From Raillietiella orientalis (lineage: Eukaryota): 64,000 bases of DNA. Under the pieces are notes generated by a model. That model was not told the origin of the DNA. It searched no databases and was given only the letters and a program-made list of their open reading frames with translations. A program made the position numbers and the translations under genes. The stretch spans positions 1,860,001 to 1,924,000 of the forward strand of contig JAYWIR010000001.1 of NCBI GenBank assembly GCA_036172245.1. The letters run 5' to 3'. Shown here one piece after another: positions 60,850 to 64,000 of this stretch (positions within the stretch are counted from its first letter, which is position 1; each line of letters begins with the position of its first letter).

Positions 60850-61200
60850 TGACTTTCGATTCCCATGCCTCGTCTGCCTGCACTTCGTCAAGATTTGTGG
60901 TTCATCAAGCTTAACAAGAAGCGCTGCGTCAACTCGGGAGTGCCCAAGGAGCTTTGCCTGCAATGCGACAGGGAGGAGGGGAGAGGAGCGGACTACGAGA
61001 ACGAGGACGCAAGACGTGAGCAGCTCGAGCGTTGCAGTTTCGGGATGCTGGAATGGGAAAACGGAAGCAGACGCCAGCTTTCCGTTTGCTTTCATCGTTC
61101 GAACCAGCGCACCATCCGAACCATCACCGAAGGATCCCAGTGCGAGGATCGGCCGTTACGCCGTGCCATTGTCCCGAGGCCGTTCGCGCCTCCTTGTGAC
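60850..61200 (+). mobile_element. hAT N-terminal BED-finger remnant
   Basis: 'CLVCLHFVKICGSSSLTRS' resembles C-C...GSTS-L-RH; 'AIVPRPF' resembles I-D-RPF. Confidence 0.45.
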
Positions 61201-61208
61201 AGCACCAG

Positions 61209-61518
61209 GGTATGTCTGGGTCGATACCTCCGGAGGTCACTTAATTGATACCTGAAGTTGTTGGAAGGCAAGGGTCAGCTTAGAGGTGGTCGGAAGGCAC
61301 CGCGCGGACGAATGGTGGAGGCGTTCGGTGACTCGGCCGCGCCTTAGTGCGGCGTCTGCGCGAAGTGGCCGGCGTTCGTTGCTGCAAACGAACCAAAACC
61401 TTGGCTTGCAAGAACGAACGCCGGGCCCTCAAGGCATCGGGAGTGCCGTCGAACGAGGGTGCGTCTCACTGGCAGAGGTGTCACCCCAGTTCGAGTGGAT
61501 CTTGGCGACCGGAAGAGG
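61209..61518. repeat. Direct repeat of 54551-54862 (dead APE fragment)
   Basis: High base-level similarity with scattered substitutions and small indels. Confidence 0.88.
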
Positions 61519-63249
61519 CCGAATCCCAGAGGCAGAGGGCGCCCGGTGCGCTGGAGGCGCTTTCGAGGGGGGGTTCGCTCAAGGCTCGGGGAGGGGCGGC
61601 GAATGCTCACAGGAGCGTTCGTTCGCAATGGGAGGAAGGTCAAGGTCATGTGACTTCAGCATCCTGCGGGAGCGACTCCGGACCCGGGATTCGAGCTCGC
61701 GTGCCGCTCGCGCACGTGCGAGGGATGCCTGAAGGTCGCGAACGAGCGGACCAACAAGCAAAGACACCCGTGAGGAGCGGTTCCCGGCCGCATCAGGCGT
61801 GCGTGGTGCCTCCGAGGGCGCGCACGTCTTTGTTTCTGTTTTTTGTACCCCACAGGTGGCGCTCGTCGTTTTGTGGGGAGGAAGGGGGGGGGGGGTGAGG
61901 AATATTAAAAACGAGCAAATGACATTTTCCGGCTGATGAAGGACGTTGATTGGCTGAAGCAGAAGAAGGAAACATATCGGAAACAAAAACATGAGTGTGG
62001 GCACTTCGTTACCCTGGTTTGCTGGCCTCCGGTAGCTGTCCTCTCCTCTTCTGCCGTCCCGTCGTCCGTCCGTTCTTCCCTTCCTCCTCCTCATCGTCCT
62101 TCTCCCGCGCCGGGTGGACCCCTGCCTCCGGCACAGCATGGCAGACCTTCCGCGAGCGCGAGGGGACGTGGTGGCCCCATGCCCCGGAGGCGTGCGCCGT
62201 CCTTGGCGTAAAGTCCCCGGCGAACGTGTTCGCTCTCTTCCCGGTTCGCGGACGGGAGACGCCGGGATGCCAAGGATCCTCTGCGGATCGTTCGTGGGTC
62301 AAAGAACAGGGAGGGGCTCGCGGAGGCTCAACGAGCGCATTCAAGGACCCGACTGCGCTCCCTTGTAATGAGCTGCCTCTCCTTCCATCGCACGAGCGCT
62401 CTCTCTCCCTTTGCGGGAGAGCGCCCTGGCAGCAGACCTCGAGGGCGCTTCCGGAATCTCCCTCGAGTCTCCCTGCCGTGTCCTCCGGTCGAAGCTCCCT
62501 GGTCGTCTGCCTCGGACGCTCCCCTACTCCTCCCCCCCCCCAAGGAACGACGCAGCAGCAGCCAATCCGGGGTTTTCTCTGTAATTTGCTCGTAGGTCAG
62601 CGTGAGATGCCGGTGGTGGCCAGAGAGGAGCTCCTTCTGCTCGCCGTCGTCGTCGCCACCGTATGGACCGGGGTGACCTGCAGCGCCAGCAGCAGCGCGG
62701 TCAACGGTAACGTATGGCGCTCGCTTCCGGTGGACCTTCCGCGGCTAACCTCACCTTTGTTCTCACCTCACACACCCCTGCGCCTCCACCCGCGCGCCGG
62801 GCGGCTCCATCGCGAGGCGTGGAGCACTTCCAAGGGAGCGGGAGTTTTCCTCTTCTTCCTTGAGGGAGTTGGAGGGACCTGGGTCTCTCGAAAGAAACAG
62901 TGGGCCACCAAGTTTCCCCCTACCTCCCGGAACCGGGAGCGCCGTCCATAAAAGGCGTGGACTTTTGAGGAAGCAGGGTCATCTCCGAATCACAAGCACC
63001 GCCTTTCTTTCACCAGCTCCCTTTCTGCATGGGGGCGACCAGCGCAAGGACGCCTCCGGGGTTTCCGCTGAGCCCCGTCCCGCTCGCTCCAAATATTGTC
63101 CCGAGGAAACGAATCGAGCAAGGAGAGTGTCCCTGTTTCTTCCCTTGAGAGGTTCGCTGTTGGGTGAGCCAGCCTCTGCACCCCAGCAAGAAGCTGTTCT
63201 AGACACTAGTCTCCGTTACCTCGGCTGCGCCGAACGTGTGCACTGCAGC

Positions 63250-63830
63250 TCACAGGGTCCCGACAAAATCGGTGGTCATGGGTAGTTGCTGTTTTCGAGA
63301 GCACGAGGCTTCCAGAAATGGAGCTTTAAGGAGTCCCTCACTTCTGGCTCGGAGAACTATGCGCCGCGCCTACGAGCTGAGACAACGGGAGCGCGAGGCG
63401 ACTCGCTCACACATGGAGGACATCCCGCCATCCTGACCCCACATCACCTGCCGCTGCCGAGACGGATCTTCTCGGAGAAGAATCCCCTTCTTCATCGGAA
63501 AAGAAAGGATCGGGAAGCAACGAGCGACGAGCGCCATCTCGGCAACATGGGGGGGGGGGGGGCTGACAAACTTCGAAGCGAGCAGGAAAACAACTCGATG
63601 AGGCAGTGCTCCGCAAGGGCCAGCTGGTCGAGAAGGCGGACAGAGGCTTCAGTTCACAACCCGGTAGGCACGCCGCTGGCGAAGTCTGCACCTCCTGCAT
63701 TGTAAAGACGATGCCTTCGTCCAACGAGTCCACTCGTAGGAGGCAGAGCGAATTTCTCTATGCGCACCGAGTCGATGCTGGGTGTCCGTGGCGTTACACG
63801 AGATGACTGGAGAGCGGCATGCACAGTCGA
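63250..63830 (-). mobile_element. LINE APE N-terminal fragment
   Basis: 'VISCNA', 'IVFTMQEV' and 'MTTDFVG' resemble S-N, I-LQET and GDFN in order. Confidence 0.4.
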
Positions 63831-64000
63831 TGGCAGTGGGGTCTGCTGGTAGACTCCTCTCCTGGACCGACGTCATCTGATGAAAGCGAAAGAATAAGGT
63901 TTGCTTCTCGGCAAGGAAGGAAAAAAAAATCGAAGGCCTCAGCCGGAAGTCGGAAATCTGGAGGAACAAGTCTTCCGGAACGTGCGCGGCGAGAGCGTCG

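Noticed and set aside
62948..62956. TATA-like ATAAAAGG promoter
   Set aside because: Isolated motif with no supported downstream gene.

Overview
This is eukaryotic DNA, probably arthropod (degenerate TTAGG/CCTAA pentamer arrays, a U6 snRNA retrocopy, pol III SINEs). I found no intact host protein-coding gene; the many long GC-rich ORFs in the track look like chance or antisense frames. The window is a dense nest of decayed transposable elements. These include several L1/Tx1-like non-LTR copies, fragments of other APE-type LINEs, several hAT transposase remnants, a possible CACTA/EnSpm remnant, and about 11 copies or fragments of a ~720 bp tRNA-derived SINE. The most notable structures are: (i) an hAT-like transposase remnant enclosed by inward-facing telomere-type arrays; (ii) a U6 retrocopy with a 13 bp TSD and an apparent snap-back 5' junction; (iii) a multi-hairpin, covarying, non-polyA 3' end shared by the L1/Tx1-like copies; (iv) near-identical DNA-level duplications of already dead TE sequence, including a >=1342 bp inverted repeat about 25 kb apart; (v) rearranged SINEs (twin-priming-like inversion, swapped tail). 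All protein-family calls come from recognising degenerate motifs by eye, without database searches, and most TE boundaries are approximate.
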